Positions 54,987 through 63,788 of a stretch of DNA of 64,000 bases are shown in pieces. A model generated the notes under the pieces. It made no database searches. It was not told where the DNA came from and saw only the letters and a list, made by a program, of their open reading frames with translations. The stretch spans positions 160,001-224,000 of the forward strand of contig CAVPSB010000013.1 of the NCBI GenBank assembly GCA_963708025.1. Direction: 5' to 3'. Position 1 is the stretch's first letter; each line of letters begins with the position of its first letter. The position numbers were made by a program, and so were the translations under genes. This DNA is from an uncultured Candidatus Rokubacteria bacterium (lineage in GTDB: Bacteria > Methylomirabilota > Methylomirabilia > Rokubacteriales > DASRDR01).

Positions 54987-55080
54987 GAGCCTAATGATAC
55001 CGCGAAGATCGGCGCGCCAGCAGGACGGCACGGCTGGACGAAGCAGGACGGGCCGCGGTTCTCTCATTCCTTGCGCGCAT

Positions 55081-55219
55081 CGGCTTCGCGCACCCCCCGG
55101 ATTCCGGCCGCGCGGCCGAGGTGTTCCGCTTCAAGCCGCGGCCCAAAGGCCGAAGGCCGTCCAGCAGTCGCGGCCTCCGAGGGGGGGCATCGGGGGGGTC
55201 TCCCGAGACCCCCCCGAAG
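55081..55219 (+). repeat. Intergenic repeat family B, copy 3, with 21-bp module inserted at 55143-55163
   Basis: Matches the other B copies plus CCAAAGGCCGAAGGCCGTCCA. Confidence 0.8.
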
Positions 55220-55222
55220 ACT

Positions 55223-56641
55223 TCAGTCGCGCCCGGGTGGCCGGGCTTCCAGGTGGGCGAGGTTCTGCAGGCCGTCGTAGGCGGCGTATTTGTACGCCTC
55301 GGCCAGCGTCGGGTAGTTGAAAACCGCCTGGATGAAGTAGTCGAGGCCCCCACCGAGCCCCATGCACGCCATGCCGACGTGGATGAGCTCGGAGGCGTCG
55401 TCGCCGACCGCGTGCACGCCGAGGAGGCGCTGGTTGTCGGGCGCGAAGATCAGCTTGATCAGGCCCCCTTGATCTCCCATGATCTGGCCCCGGGCGTTGC
55501 CGGTGTAGAAGGAGCGCCCGACGCAGTAGGGCAGGCCCTTCTCGCGGCAGCTCTCCTCCGTCTCCCCGGCCATCGCCACCTCGGGGATCGTGTAGACGGC
55601 CAGCGGCAGCACGGCCGCGACGCGCGTCTTGTACCGCAGGTCGAAGGCGTGGCACATCGCCACCCGGGCCTGTTCCATCGACACCGCGGCCAGGGCGGGG
55701 AACCCGATCACGTCGCCGGCCGCGTAGACGTGCGGCACCTCGGTCTGGTAGTGCTCGTTGACCTTCAACAAACCCTGGGGGGCCGGAGGGATGCCCGCTC
55801 GCTCCAGCGCCAGGTCGTCGGTGTTCCCCATCCGGCCGGTCGCGATCAGCGCCTTGTCCACCTCGAGCGTCTCGCCGGTCGAGAGCGTGAGCCGCACCGA
55901 GTCGGCTAGGGGCTCGTAGCGGGTGATGCTGACGCCGAGCCGGAGGCGGATCCCGTGGCGCTCCATCTGCTTGCGGAGGTGCTCGACGATCTCGCCGTCC
56001 AGGAACGACAGCATCCGGCGGCGTCCGAACAAAGTCAGCTCGATCCCGAGCGCGGCGAAGATGGAGGCGTACTCGCAGCCCACGATCCCGGTCCCGACCA
56101 CGGCCAGCCGGCGCGGCAGTCGATCCATCTGGAGCACGTTGTCGCTGTCCAGAAGGAGTCGGCCGTCGACGGGGATGTCCGGCGTCCGCAGCGGCCGGGA
56201 GCCAGTGGCGATCAGGATGACTTCGCCCCGGAGGAGCCGGTCGGGCTCGCCGTCCTTCCGGACGCAGATCGTGTGCGAGTCATCGAAGCGCCCGGCGCCC
56301 TGGACCACCGTCACCCGGTGACGCTCCAGGTTCTCGGCGACCTTGGCCCGGAGCGCCGCCACCACCTCACGCTCCCGGTGCATGAAATCGCGGACGGTGA
56401 GATCGGGCTTGACGGCGTAGTCCACCCCGTAGAGGCCGCGGGTCCCCAGCCCGGAGAAGTAGAGCGCGCTCTCCCGCAGCGTCTTCGAGGGAATTCCCCC
56501 GCGGTTGATGCCGGACCCCCCGACGTACGGCGCGCGCTCGACCACGGCGACGCGCTTGCCGAAGTAGGCGGCCTGGGCGGCGCCCTTCTCCCCGGCCGGA
56601 CCCGCCCCCAGGATGACGAGGTCGTAGTTTTCGACGCTCAT
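55223..56641 (-). CDS. sthA: Soluble (Si-specific) NAD(P)+ transhydrogenase
   Basis: GAGPAG, IPSKTLRE, GDVIGFPALA..SMEQ, YTIPE, ELIH, FNYPTLAEAYK.AAYDGL. Confidence 0.9.
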   Translation of the reverse strand: MSVENYDLVILGAGPAGEKGAAQAAYFGKRVAVVERAPYVGGSGINRGGIPSKTLRESALYFSGLGTRGLYGVDYAVKPDLTVRDFMHREREVVAALRAKVAENLERHRVTVVQGAGRFDDSHTICVRKDGEPDRLLRGEVILIATGSRPLRTPDIPVDGRLLLDSDNVLQMDRLPRRLAVVGTGIVGCEYASIFAALGIELTLFGRRRMLSFLDGEIVEHLRKQMERHGIRLRLGVSITRYEPLADSVRLTLSTGETLEVDKALIATGRMGNTDDLALERAGIPPAPQGLLKVNEHYQTEVPHVYAAGDVIGFPALAAVSMEQARVAMCHAFDLRYKTRVAAVLPLAVYTIPEVAMAGETEESCREKGLPYCVGRSFYTGNARGQIMGDQGGLIKLIFAPDNQRLLGVHAVGDDASELIHVGMACMGLGGGLDYFIQAVFNYPTLAEAYKYAAYDGLQNLAHLEARPPGRD

Positions 56642-56705
56642 CGGTCTACCCTGCCGTCAGACACGGCCGACTGTCCTCGCATGGTACCGGGGTGGGACGG
56701 GCGAG

Positions 56706-56798
56706 TCACTTCCGGACCGTCAGGATCGCGACCCACGCGAAGAAGATGACGATGCCCGCGAGGAACAGGCCGAAGGCGAGGGTCTCGATGCCGGTCAT
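56706..56798 (-). CDS. 30-aa single-TM peptide
   Basis: Manual: MTGIETLAFGLFLAGIVIFFAWVAILTVRK. Confidence 0.5.
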   Translation of the reverse strand: MTGIETLAFGLFLAGIVIFFAWVAILTVRK

Positions 56799-56810
56799 GG
56801 TCCAGCCATT

Positions 56811-56918
56811 CTATCGCAGGAGGGAGAGCAGCCCGCCGAACACGTTGTAGAGCGCGTCGGCGGCGAGGAGGACGAGGTTGAGCACCGCCAGCACCAGGAC
56901 CAGCCGCACGGCGGTCAT
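56811..56918 (-). CDS. 35-aa single-TM peptide
   Basis: Manual: MTAVRLVLVLAVLNLVLLAADALYNVFGGLLSLLR, with GGGAGG RBS. Confidence 0.55.
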   Translation of the reverse strand: MTAVRLVLVLAVLNLVLLAADALYNVFGGLLSLLR

Positions 56919-56967
56919 TCGGGCCCTCCCGACGCGACATCCATGCGGCCCGAGCGAGGAGCCCGAT

Positions 56968-57183
56968 TCACCGCGCTAACCCCGGACCGAGTCCGCCCCA
57001 GTACTTGAAGAGGTAGTAGACGGCCCACACGCCGAGCACCGCGTAGACGAGGAGGAGCCACCGGTTGACGATACCATGGTACGCTCGGACCTCGCCACGC
57101 GCGTAGTCCTCGACGGGGCCGCGCCGGCGCTCGTGCTCGGCGATCACCCGGTCGCGTTCGGCCGCCTCACCGTCGGTCGTCAT
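56968..57183 (-). CDS. Small membrane protein resembling the CcoP/FixP N-terminal helix region (no heme)
   Basis: EDYARGEVRAYHGIVNRWLLLVYAVLGVWAVYY vs FixP_N pattern YDGI.E.DN..P.WW..LF..T..F...Y. Confidence 0.55.
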   Translation of the reverse strand: MTTDGEAAERDRVIAEHERRRGPVEDYARGEVRAYHGIVNRWLLLVYAVLGVWAVYYLFKYWGGLGPGLAR

Positions 57184-57340
57184 GCTCGATTCCCTCGGTC
57201 TCCAGCACCTGGTACTTGACCCGCTCGACGTCCTTGAGCTGGCCCGACGCCGCCGCCCACAGGAATAGGCAGAGCGCGGCGAGGCTCATGAACAGCGACA
57301 CGACGAACTGCCCGAACACCAGCGCGATCAGCTCCTGCAT
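57167..57340 (-). CDS. ccoS: cbb3 oxidase maturation protein CcoS/FixS
   Basis: VSLFMSLAALCLFLWAAASGQLKDVE. Confidence 0.8.
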   Translation of the reverse strand: MQELIALVFGQFVVSLFMSLAALCLFLWAAASGQLKDVERVKYQVLETEGIEHDDRR

Positions 57341-57357
57341 CGTGCCTCTCCCGGCGC

Positions 57358-58999
57358 CTACCGGCCCTCGCCCATCAGGCCCTTGTAGAAGCGGACAAGC
57401 GCCTTGGGCGATCCGTCTCCCGGCGCCCCGGGGTCGAGGGCCAGCCGCGAGCTGGCGTACGCCTCGCCGTCCGGGTCGTCGAGCCGGGCCCGGATCGCCG
57501 CGTCGACCTTCAGCTTCTGGCCGGTGAGCGGGTCGTTGAAGGCGGAGAACGACAGCACATAGTAGCTGATCGCCCACCGCTCCGCCTCGCTCATCGAGTC
57601 GACGAACGACGGCATCGGCGTGCCGTCGAGACCGGTGGCCATCGCCCGGAAGATGTCGCGGACGTCCGAGCCGCCCTTGAACTGGCCCCGGGTGAAGTCG
57701 GCGGGGCGGATCCTGAACCCCCAGTCGTCCTTCAGCTCGCCGGCCGAGGGTCCGTCCCCCTTGCCGCCGTCGCCGTGACACTGGAAGCACTTGGCCTTCG
57801 CGTAGAGCGCCTTGCCCTGCTCGAGCAGCTCCGGCGTCGCCCGGGGCGGGTCGCCGATCGGGATCGGCGGATCCGGCTTCTCGTCCTTCCACCGCGGCGA
57901 GAAGGTCTTCACGTAGCTGATCACGGCGAGCCGGTCCTTCTCGGGCAGCTCGTGCCAGGTGGGCATCGCCGTGTAGCGCACGCCACGCGTGAGGGTGCGG
58001 AAGAGGTCACCGTCGGTCGGCAGCGAGCCGGACGGCGTCGTCCGGAACTTGAAGGCGCCGAGGCGGAAGTCGCGCGGCCGCGGGTCGAGGAAGGTCGCGA
58101 CGGGCCCGTTGCCGTCGCCCTTGGCGCCGTGGCAGCCCGACGCAGCGCCGCTCGTAGACCTCCCGGCCCCGCGCCTCTTGCGCCTCCGTCCGGGGAATGG
58201 TCATGACGCTGGCCGAGATCGTCTGGGGCTCGAAGGCGTCCCGCCACGCCCCGCGGTTCATGCCCAGCTTCTGGATGTACGCGACCAGCCCTCGCAGCTC
58301 CTCGGTGGGGACGACCACCGTGAGGGTCTTGCCCTGCCAGGCGTCGACCCGGTTGTACGGCTCGGGCAGGTTCTCGACGTCGAGAGCCGGCGTCCCGTCC
58401 GTCTCCTCGGAGAAGGCCAGCCCCGTCGGGGCTCGGGATGGAGCGGCAGCCGCCGGTCGCTCCCGGTGAAGAGGGCGCGCAGCCCGGCGGAATCGGCCAG
58501 GACCGGCCCGCCGTCCTTCGCCGCCACCACGACCCGGACGCGTCCGGTAGAGCCAGCGGAACCCCGGCATCACCGAGTCGGGCACGATCGCGGTCGGTGT
58601 CCAGTGATGGGCGTAGTGCCAGCCGTCGGCGTACTTGAGCCCGACGCGCGTGAGGTCCGGCCCGATGCGACGGGTGGAGAGCAGGTGCGGCCAGTCGTGC
58701 GCGTACTCCCCCACCTGGGAGACGGGCCCCCACCGCATGTCCTCGCCGGTGACCGGCCGGACGTACTGGCTGTGGCAGTACCAGCAGCCCTCGCGCTGGT
58801 ACACCTGGCGACCGAGCTGCTCGCGCGGGCTGTAGGGCGACGACTCGTACCAGACCCACTTGATGTCGCCGAGGTCGTTCCGCACCGCCCGCGTCGCCCG
58901 CGTCTCGCGCGACTCCGGGATGGCGATCGGCAGGATACCCTGGATGAAGATCGCCAGCGAGATGCAGAGGAAGCCGGCGCCGAGGGTGTAGGCTTTCAT
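57358..58999 (-). CDS. ccoO: CcoO subunit fused to two extra cytochrome c domains (frameshifted)
   Basis: GRQVYQREGCWYCHSQYVRP, RIGPDL, SVMP; further CxxCH at ~58130 (across a frameshift) and CFQCH; GTPMPSF. Confidence 0.85.
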
Positions 59000-59007
59000 G
59001 TCAATTC

Positions 59008-59112
59008 GGGACCTCCCGCCCACCCGATCCTTGGATGGCCTTCGGCCTTTGGCCCCCCTCCCCCACCGTTCGACGGCCTTCGGCCTTTGGCTGGGGGGAG
59101 GGAGGAGCCGGA
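59008..59112 (+). repeat. Intergenic repeat family A, copy 4, with two 21-bp module insertions
   Basis: A-family ends plus modules at 59032-59052 and 59070-59090. Confidence 0.8.
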
Positions 59113-59135
59113 GCAGCCAATTCCGTCACGCGCGC

Positions 59136-60569
59136 TCACGCCTGGGCCGGCCGGACGCCGGGGGCCCCCACCGGGCGCTCGGGCGCGGCGGCCGGCGCCG
59201 GCTCCATCGCGGTCCGCATGAAGTTGTAGACCAGGAGCGACATCCCGACGTCCATCGAGATGCCCGACAGCGTCCGCACCAGCCAGAACGGCTTCATGGT
59301 CACCACCGTGTCCACCCACTCCGCGCGGGCCATCAGCATGTACCCCTGCTGGAGCCCCTGGGCGGTGAGGACCAGGCCCATGGTGGAGATCCCGAGCGTG
59401 ATCAGCCAGAAGCTCCAGTTGCCGAGGCGGAAGCTCCACAGCTCGCGCCCGCACAGTCGCGGCCAGACGTAGGTGGCGCCGGCGATGGCCCACACCACGA
59501 AGGTCCCGAACACGGTGAGGTGCGAGTGGGAGATGACGAAGTCGGTGAAGTGGGTCGGCTCCTGGATGGCGCGGAGCGCCTCGGTCGAGCCCTGGAAGCA
59601 GCCCACCAGGTACATGATCGAGCCCATGATGAGGAACTTGGCGGGGAGGTTCCGGGAGAAGCCCCCCCAGTGCCCGACCATCGTCCCGAAGAAGTTCTGG
59701 AGCACGGTCCACACCGGGATGATGAGCATCATCGAGGAGATGATGGCGATGGTCTCCGCCCAGTCGGCGATCGGGCTGAACAGGTAGTGGTGGATGCCGA
59801 CGAAGGGATAGAAGAACGCCAGCGACCAGAAGCCGATCAGCGAGAGCTTGTGACTGTAGATAGGGGCCCGGACCGACGCGGGCAGGAAGTAGTAGATGAG
59901 CACGTACCCGGCCGGGGTGATCCAGAGTCCGACGACGTAGTGGATGTAGAGCCCGTGGAGGGCGGCGTTGTTGACCCCCGGCACCGTCCCGTAGGGGCCG
60001 ATGATGAGCAGGAGCAGGTTGATGCTGGTCCAGACCAGGGCGCCGATCAGGTACCAGAGGCTCACGTAGAGGTGGCGCTCGGTCCGGCGGGCGATGGTCA
60101 TGAGCATCTGGACGGTGGCGGCGATGATCACCACCGTCACCACGAGGACGTTGGGCAGTGGAAGCTCCCCTGCCTCCCAGCCCCGGTTGCCGCCGAATAC
60201 CGAGAGCCAGACGAACCCGACGACGAGGTTGAGGTTCCAGATCCAGAGGAGGGGCTGGCCCCACTCGCCCTTCCAGATGCGCACCCCGCACAGCCGCGGG
60301 GTGACGTAGTAAGCCAGGCCCATGAACAGCGTGGAGAAGGCGCCGAAGATGACGCCGTTGACGTGGACGGGGCGGAGGCGGCCGAACGTCGACCACGCCC
60401 AGTCGCCGAGGAAGTCGGGGTAGTTGAACTTGGTCGAGATGAGGACACCGACGGTGGGGGCGACCATGAGCCAGACGAACCCCCACAGGAGCCAGCCGCG
60501 GATGAGCCGGGCGTCGATCAGCTCGTCGTTGGCGCGGAGCGTCGCGCCCCACGTGCCCGGCGCCGTCAT
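59136..60569 (-). CDS. ccoN: cbb3-type (C-family) heme-copper oxidase subunit I, divergent
   Basis: FGRLRPVHVN, LYVSLWY, IHYVVGLWITP, YYFLP..PIYSHKLS..GFW, FFYPFVGIHH, HSHL. Confidence 0.9.
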   Translation of the reverse strand: MTAPGTWGATLRANDELIDARLIRGWLLWGFVWLMVAPTVGVLISTKFNYPDFLGDWAWSTFGRLRPVHVNGVIFGAFSTLFMGLAYYVTPRLCGVRIWKGEWGQPLLWIWNLNLVVGFVWLSVFGGNRGWEAGELPLPNVLVVTVVIIAATVQMLMTIARRTERHLYVSLWYLIGALVWTSINLLLLIIGPYGTVPGVNNAALHGLYIHYVVGLWITPAGYVLIYYFLPASVRAPIYSHKLSLIGFWSLAFFYPFVGIHHYLFSPIADWAETIAIISSMMLIIPVWTVLQNFFGTMVGHWGGFSRNLPAKFLIMGSIMYLVGCFQGSTEALRAIQEPTHFTDFVISHSHLTVFGTFVVWAIAGATYVWPRLCGRELWSFRLGNWSFWLITLGISTMGLVLTAQGLQQGYMLMARAEWVDTVVTMKPFWLVRTLSGISMDVGMSLLVYNFMRTAMEPAPAAAPERPVGAPGVRPAQA

Positions 60570-60573
60570 GGGG

Positions 60574-60990
60574 TCAAGATACCTCCACCCGGGTGCTGGC
60601 GTCGAACCGACCGCCACGGTTGTTGGCGAGGAGCACCTGGAGCACGCCGCCCCGTCCGGCTCGGAGGCGGAAGGTGATGAGCGGGTCGTCGCCCAGCGCG
60701 GACGTGAGCTGGAAGCGGCAGACCGGCTCGCCGCCGTAGAGCGCGGTGAGGCTCTCCAGGTGGAAGGGCGGCGACTCCGCGACGAACCGCCCGTCCCGGT
60801 AGGCGAGGCCGGTCCGGTTCGGATGGTTGAGCTCGTAGTTCACGCTGGCCCGATGGCGGAACGCACGCAGCAGGGTCTCCTGGACGAGGTCCTCGGCGTG
60901 CGTCTCGTCGCGGGTCAGCAAACGGCCGTAGTTATAGAGGGAATCGAGATACTTCAGTGCCAGCTCCTGGAACGGGACGCCGTCGTCCAA
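60574..60990 (-). CDS. Chimeric ORF: ECF sigma region 2 N-terminus + SoxZ-like C-terminus
   Basis: FQELALKYLDSLYNYGRLLTRDETHAEDLVQETLLRAFR joined to HPNRTGL..G..PPFHL..SALGDDPLITFRL..NNRG. Confidence 0.65.
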   Translation of the reverse strand: MDDGVPFQELALKYLDSLYNYGRLLTRDETHAEDLVQETLLRAFRHRASVNYELNHPNRTGLAYRDGRFVAESPPFHLESLTALYGGEPVCRFQLTSALGDDPLITFRLRAGRGGVLQVLLANNRGGRFDASTRVEVS

Positions 60991-61012
60991 TCGCCTGCTC
61001 TCTGTCTTTACA

Positions 61013-61039
61013 TTACGGCTGCGCCGCGCCGTTTATTCC
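61013..61039 (-). promoter_or_regulatory. ECF-type promoter GGAAT-N17-CGTAA upstream of the sigma fragment
   Basis: Resembles SigR/SigH/EcfG-class promoters; sits just upstream of the TTG start. Confidence 0.5.
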
Positions 61040-61145
61040 CTGCCCGGCCCCGGGAGGCCGGCGCCGCCCCGCCGCGGTTCCCCCGGGGCCGTTCCCTGGT
61101 CCGACCCGGCCGTGGGTCGGAACGCGTCGCGCCGCCGTGCCCTCG

Positions 61146-61937
61146 TCACTGGCGATCGGGGCCGGGCTGGATGTACCAGGGGCAGATCAGTCGCTCGGCC
61201 ACGACGACCGCCCAGAAGACAAGGACGCCGAGGACCGAGAGGGCGGCCATCACCCCGAAGACGACCGCGGTGTTGAGGTTGCTCGAGGCGACGATGATGA
61301 GATAGCCGAGCCCCTTGTCGGACCCGACGAACTCGCCGACCACCGCGCCGATCACGGCCAGGCTCATCGCGACCTTCATGCCGCTGAAGACATGGGGCAG
61401 CGCCCACGGCAACCGCACCTTCCAGAACACCTGCAGGGTGCCCGCCCGCAGCGACCGCGTGAGCTGCAGGAGATCCGGCTCAACCGACTCCAGCCCGGCC
61501 GCGGTGTTCACCACCATCGGGAGGAAGGCCACGATGGTGGCGACGATGACGTTGGTCACCAGCCCGTGGCCGATCCAGATCAGGAAGAGCGGGGCCAGCG
61601 CGATCTTCGGGACGGAATTCAGGACGACGATCAGCGGGTAGATCACCCGGCGCAGGACGGGGGAATACACGATGCCCACCGCGATGGGCACCCCCACGAC
61701 GACCGACATGGCGAAGCCCCCCAGCGTCTCGTAGAGGGTGACGCCGGCGTGGGCCGGGATCCGGTCCGCCCACTTCCACGTCTCGGTGACGATCGCGCTC
61801 GGCGCCGGGAGCAGCCAGACCGGGATGCGGGCGCCGCGGCACCCCAGCTCCCACAGCCCGACGAGCCCCAGGATGGCGAGGGCCGGCAGCCCGTACTCCC
61901 GGAGCCAGGGCCAGCGTGGCTCGCCCGCCGGCCTCAT
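61146..61937 (-). CDS. ABC transporter permease (NitT/TauT family)
   Basis: LLPAPS, VPKIALAP, EAA-like loop, GAVVGEF..GLG. Confidence 0.93.
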   Translation of the reverse strand: MRPAGEPRWPWLREYGLPALAILGLVGLWELGCRGARIPVWLLPAPSAIVTETWKWADRIPAHAGVTLYETLGGFAMSVVVGVPIAVGIVYSPVLRRVIYPLIVVLNSVPKIALAPLFLIWIGHGLVTNVIVATIVAFLPMVVNTAAGLESVEPDLLQLTRSLRAGTLQVFWKVRLPWALPHVFSGMKVAMSLAVIGAVVGEFVGSDKGLGYLIIVASSNLNTAVVFGVMAALSVLGVLVFWAVVVAERLICPWYIQPGPDRQ

Positions 61938-61959
61938 GGTCCCCCTCGGCCCGGGACGC

Positions 61960-62733
61960 TCATGCGGGCTCGCGCGAGGGCGCGATGGCCGCCCGGATCG
62001 CCTCGGCGTACTTCTGGAAGTCCGGGGAGAACTCCATCTTGATGCTCCGTGGGCGCGGGAGGTCGATGGGCACGACGTTGACGATGCGCCCGGGCCTGGC
62101 CGTCATGACGGCGACCCGGTCCGCCAGGAGGATCGCCTCGGGAATGCTGTGGGTCACGAACACGACCGTCTTCCTCCGCTCGCTCCACACGCGGAGGAGC
62201 TCCAGGCCCATCTCTTCGCGCGTCATCGCGTCCAGGGCCCCGAACGGCTCGTCCATCAGGAGGAGCGGCGGGTCGTGGATCAGGGCGCGACAGATCGACA
62301 CCCGTTGCTGCATGCCACCGGAGAGCTCGCGGGGGACGCTCCGCTCGAACCCGGCGAGCCCGACCAGGGCGATGAGCCGCTCGGCCTCGGCCCGGTACTG
62401 GCTGCGGGACCGCCCCAGGATCTCGATGGGAAAGAGGATGTTGTTCACGACGTTCCGCCAGGGGAGGAGGACCGGGCTCTGGAAGACCATGCCGACGTCC
62501 GGCGACGGCCCGTCCAGCGGCGTCCCCCGAACGCGGATGGTGCCCTCGGTGGGCGGGAGCAGGCCGGCGATCAGCTTGAGGAGCGTGCTCTTGCCGCAGC
62601 CACTCGGGCCGACGATCGTGAGGAACTCGTCGGCGTGGACGTCGAGGCTGACCCCTTCCAGCGCGGTGACGACGGTCCGCGAGCGGGTCTGGTAGCGTTT
62701 CGAGACGTTCTCGACGCCGATGAAGACCGCCAT
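61960..62733 (-). CDS. ABC transporter ATP-binding protein (NitT/TauT)
   Basis: GPSGCGKST, LSGGMQQR, LLLMDEPFGALD, VTH. Confidence 0.96.
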   Translation of the reverse strand: MAVFIGVENVSKRYQTRSRTVVTALEGVSLDVHADEFLTIVGPSGCGKSTLLKLIAGLLPPTEGTIRVRGTPLDGPSPDVGMVFQSPVLLPWRNVVNNILFPIEILGRSRSQYRAEAERLIALVGLAGFERSVPRELSGGMQQRVSICRALIHDPPLLLMDEPFGALDAMTREEMGLELLRVWSERRKTVVFVTHSIPEAILLADRVAVMTARPGRIVNVVPIDLPRPRSIKMEFSPDFQKYAEAIRAAIAPSREPA

Positions 62734-62759
62734 CCGGAACTGCCGGCCGTCGCCCCGCG

Positions 62760-63788
62760 CTACTTCTGGGAGAGGAACTCGTTCGTGTAGAGCTCCTCGG
62801 GTGGGACGACGCGCTTGAGACCGAGCGCCGAGGTGACGACATCACGGGTCGCGAGCATGACGTCCGGGCTCATGTACCCGAGCCCTTTCGTGGCCGCCTC
62901 CGGGCTCACCAGCCCCTTCATGATGAGGAGCTCCGCCTTGGCCGGCTCCGGCTCGACCTCGCGGTTGTATTTCTGCATGATCTCGACGGCTTCGTCCGGT
63001 CGCTCGAAGACGTAGGCCAGGCCCCGCACCGTCGCCTGGACGAACCGGCGGACCAGGTCGGGGTTGCTCTGGGCGAGGCTGTCGGTCGTCATCACGGCGT
63101 TCCCGTGGGTGACGAGGCCGTAGTTCGAGTACTGCATCGCGTCCACGTGCAGGCCCTCCTTCTCGGCGATTTTCTGGAAGCGCGGGGCCTGGATGGCTTG
63201 CTCGGTGATGGCGTCGGCCTTGCGGGAGATCAGCATGGGCAGGAACGCGCTGGCGTCCACGATCACCTCGCGGATCTTCTCGCGGTCGACGCCGTTGGCC
63301 TTGAGGAAGGCCGGCAGCATGATCACGCTGGCGCCGCTGGCCGAGCGGGCCAGGGTCCGGCCCTCGAGGTCCTTCGGCCCCTTGATGCCGGACTCCCGCA
63401 GGTAGAGGATGCCGAGGGCCGCCTTGCCGTACACCCCCAGCACCGCCTTGACCGGCACCCCGTCGTTCGCGCGGGCGGCCACCAGGGCGCCCATGTCGGC
63501 GACGCCGAATGTCGCGCGGCCCGAGGCCACCCGCTTGATGGTGTCGCCGGACCCGTAGCCGCGCGAGATCGTCACCGCGAGGTTCTGGCTCGCGTAGAAC
63601 CCTTTGTCGACCGCCACGAAGTACGGCGTGTGCGTACCCCCGATGACCCAGTCCAGGGCGAGCGTCACCTGATCGGTCGCCGAGGCCGGCCCGCCGAACA
63701 GCAGCCCGGCCGCGATGACCGCGAGCATCACGGCGAACTCGAAGCGGGAGGCGCGTGTCGTGTGCCATGAGATCCTCCGTGTGGTCAC
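62760..63788 (-). CDS. ABC substrate-binding protein (NMT1/THI5-like)
   Basis: LDW..GG.HTPYFVAVDKGFY, GYGSGD; GTGA overlap with the ubiD stop. Confidence 0.9.
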   Translation of the reverse strand: MTTRRISWHTTRASRFEFAVMLAVIAAGLLFGGPASATDQVTLALDWVIGGTHTPYFVAVDKGFYASQNLAVTISRGYGSGDTIKRVASGRATFGVADMGALVAARANDGVPVKAVLGVYGKAALGILYLRESGIKGPKDLEGRTLARSASGASVIMLPAFLKANGVDREKIREVIVDASAFLPMLISRKADAITEQAIQAPRFQKIAEKEGLHVDAMQYSNYGLVTHGNAVMTTDSLAQSNPDLVRRFVQATVRGLAYVFERPDEAVEIMQKYNREVEPEPAKAELLIMKGLVSPEAATKGLGYMSPDVMLATRDVVTSALGLKRVVPPEELYTNEFLSQK

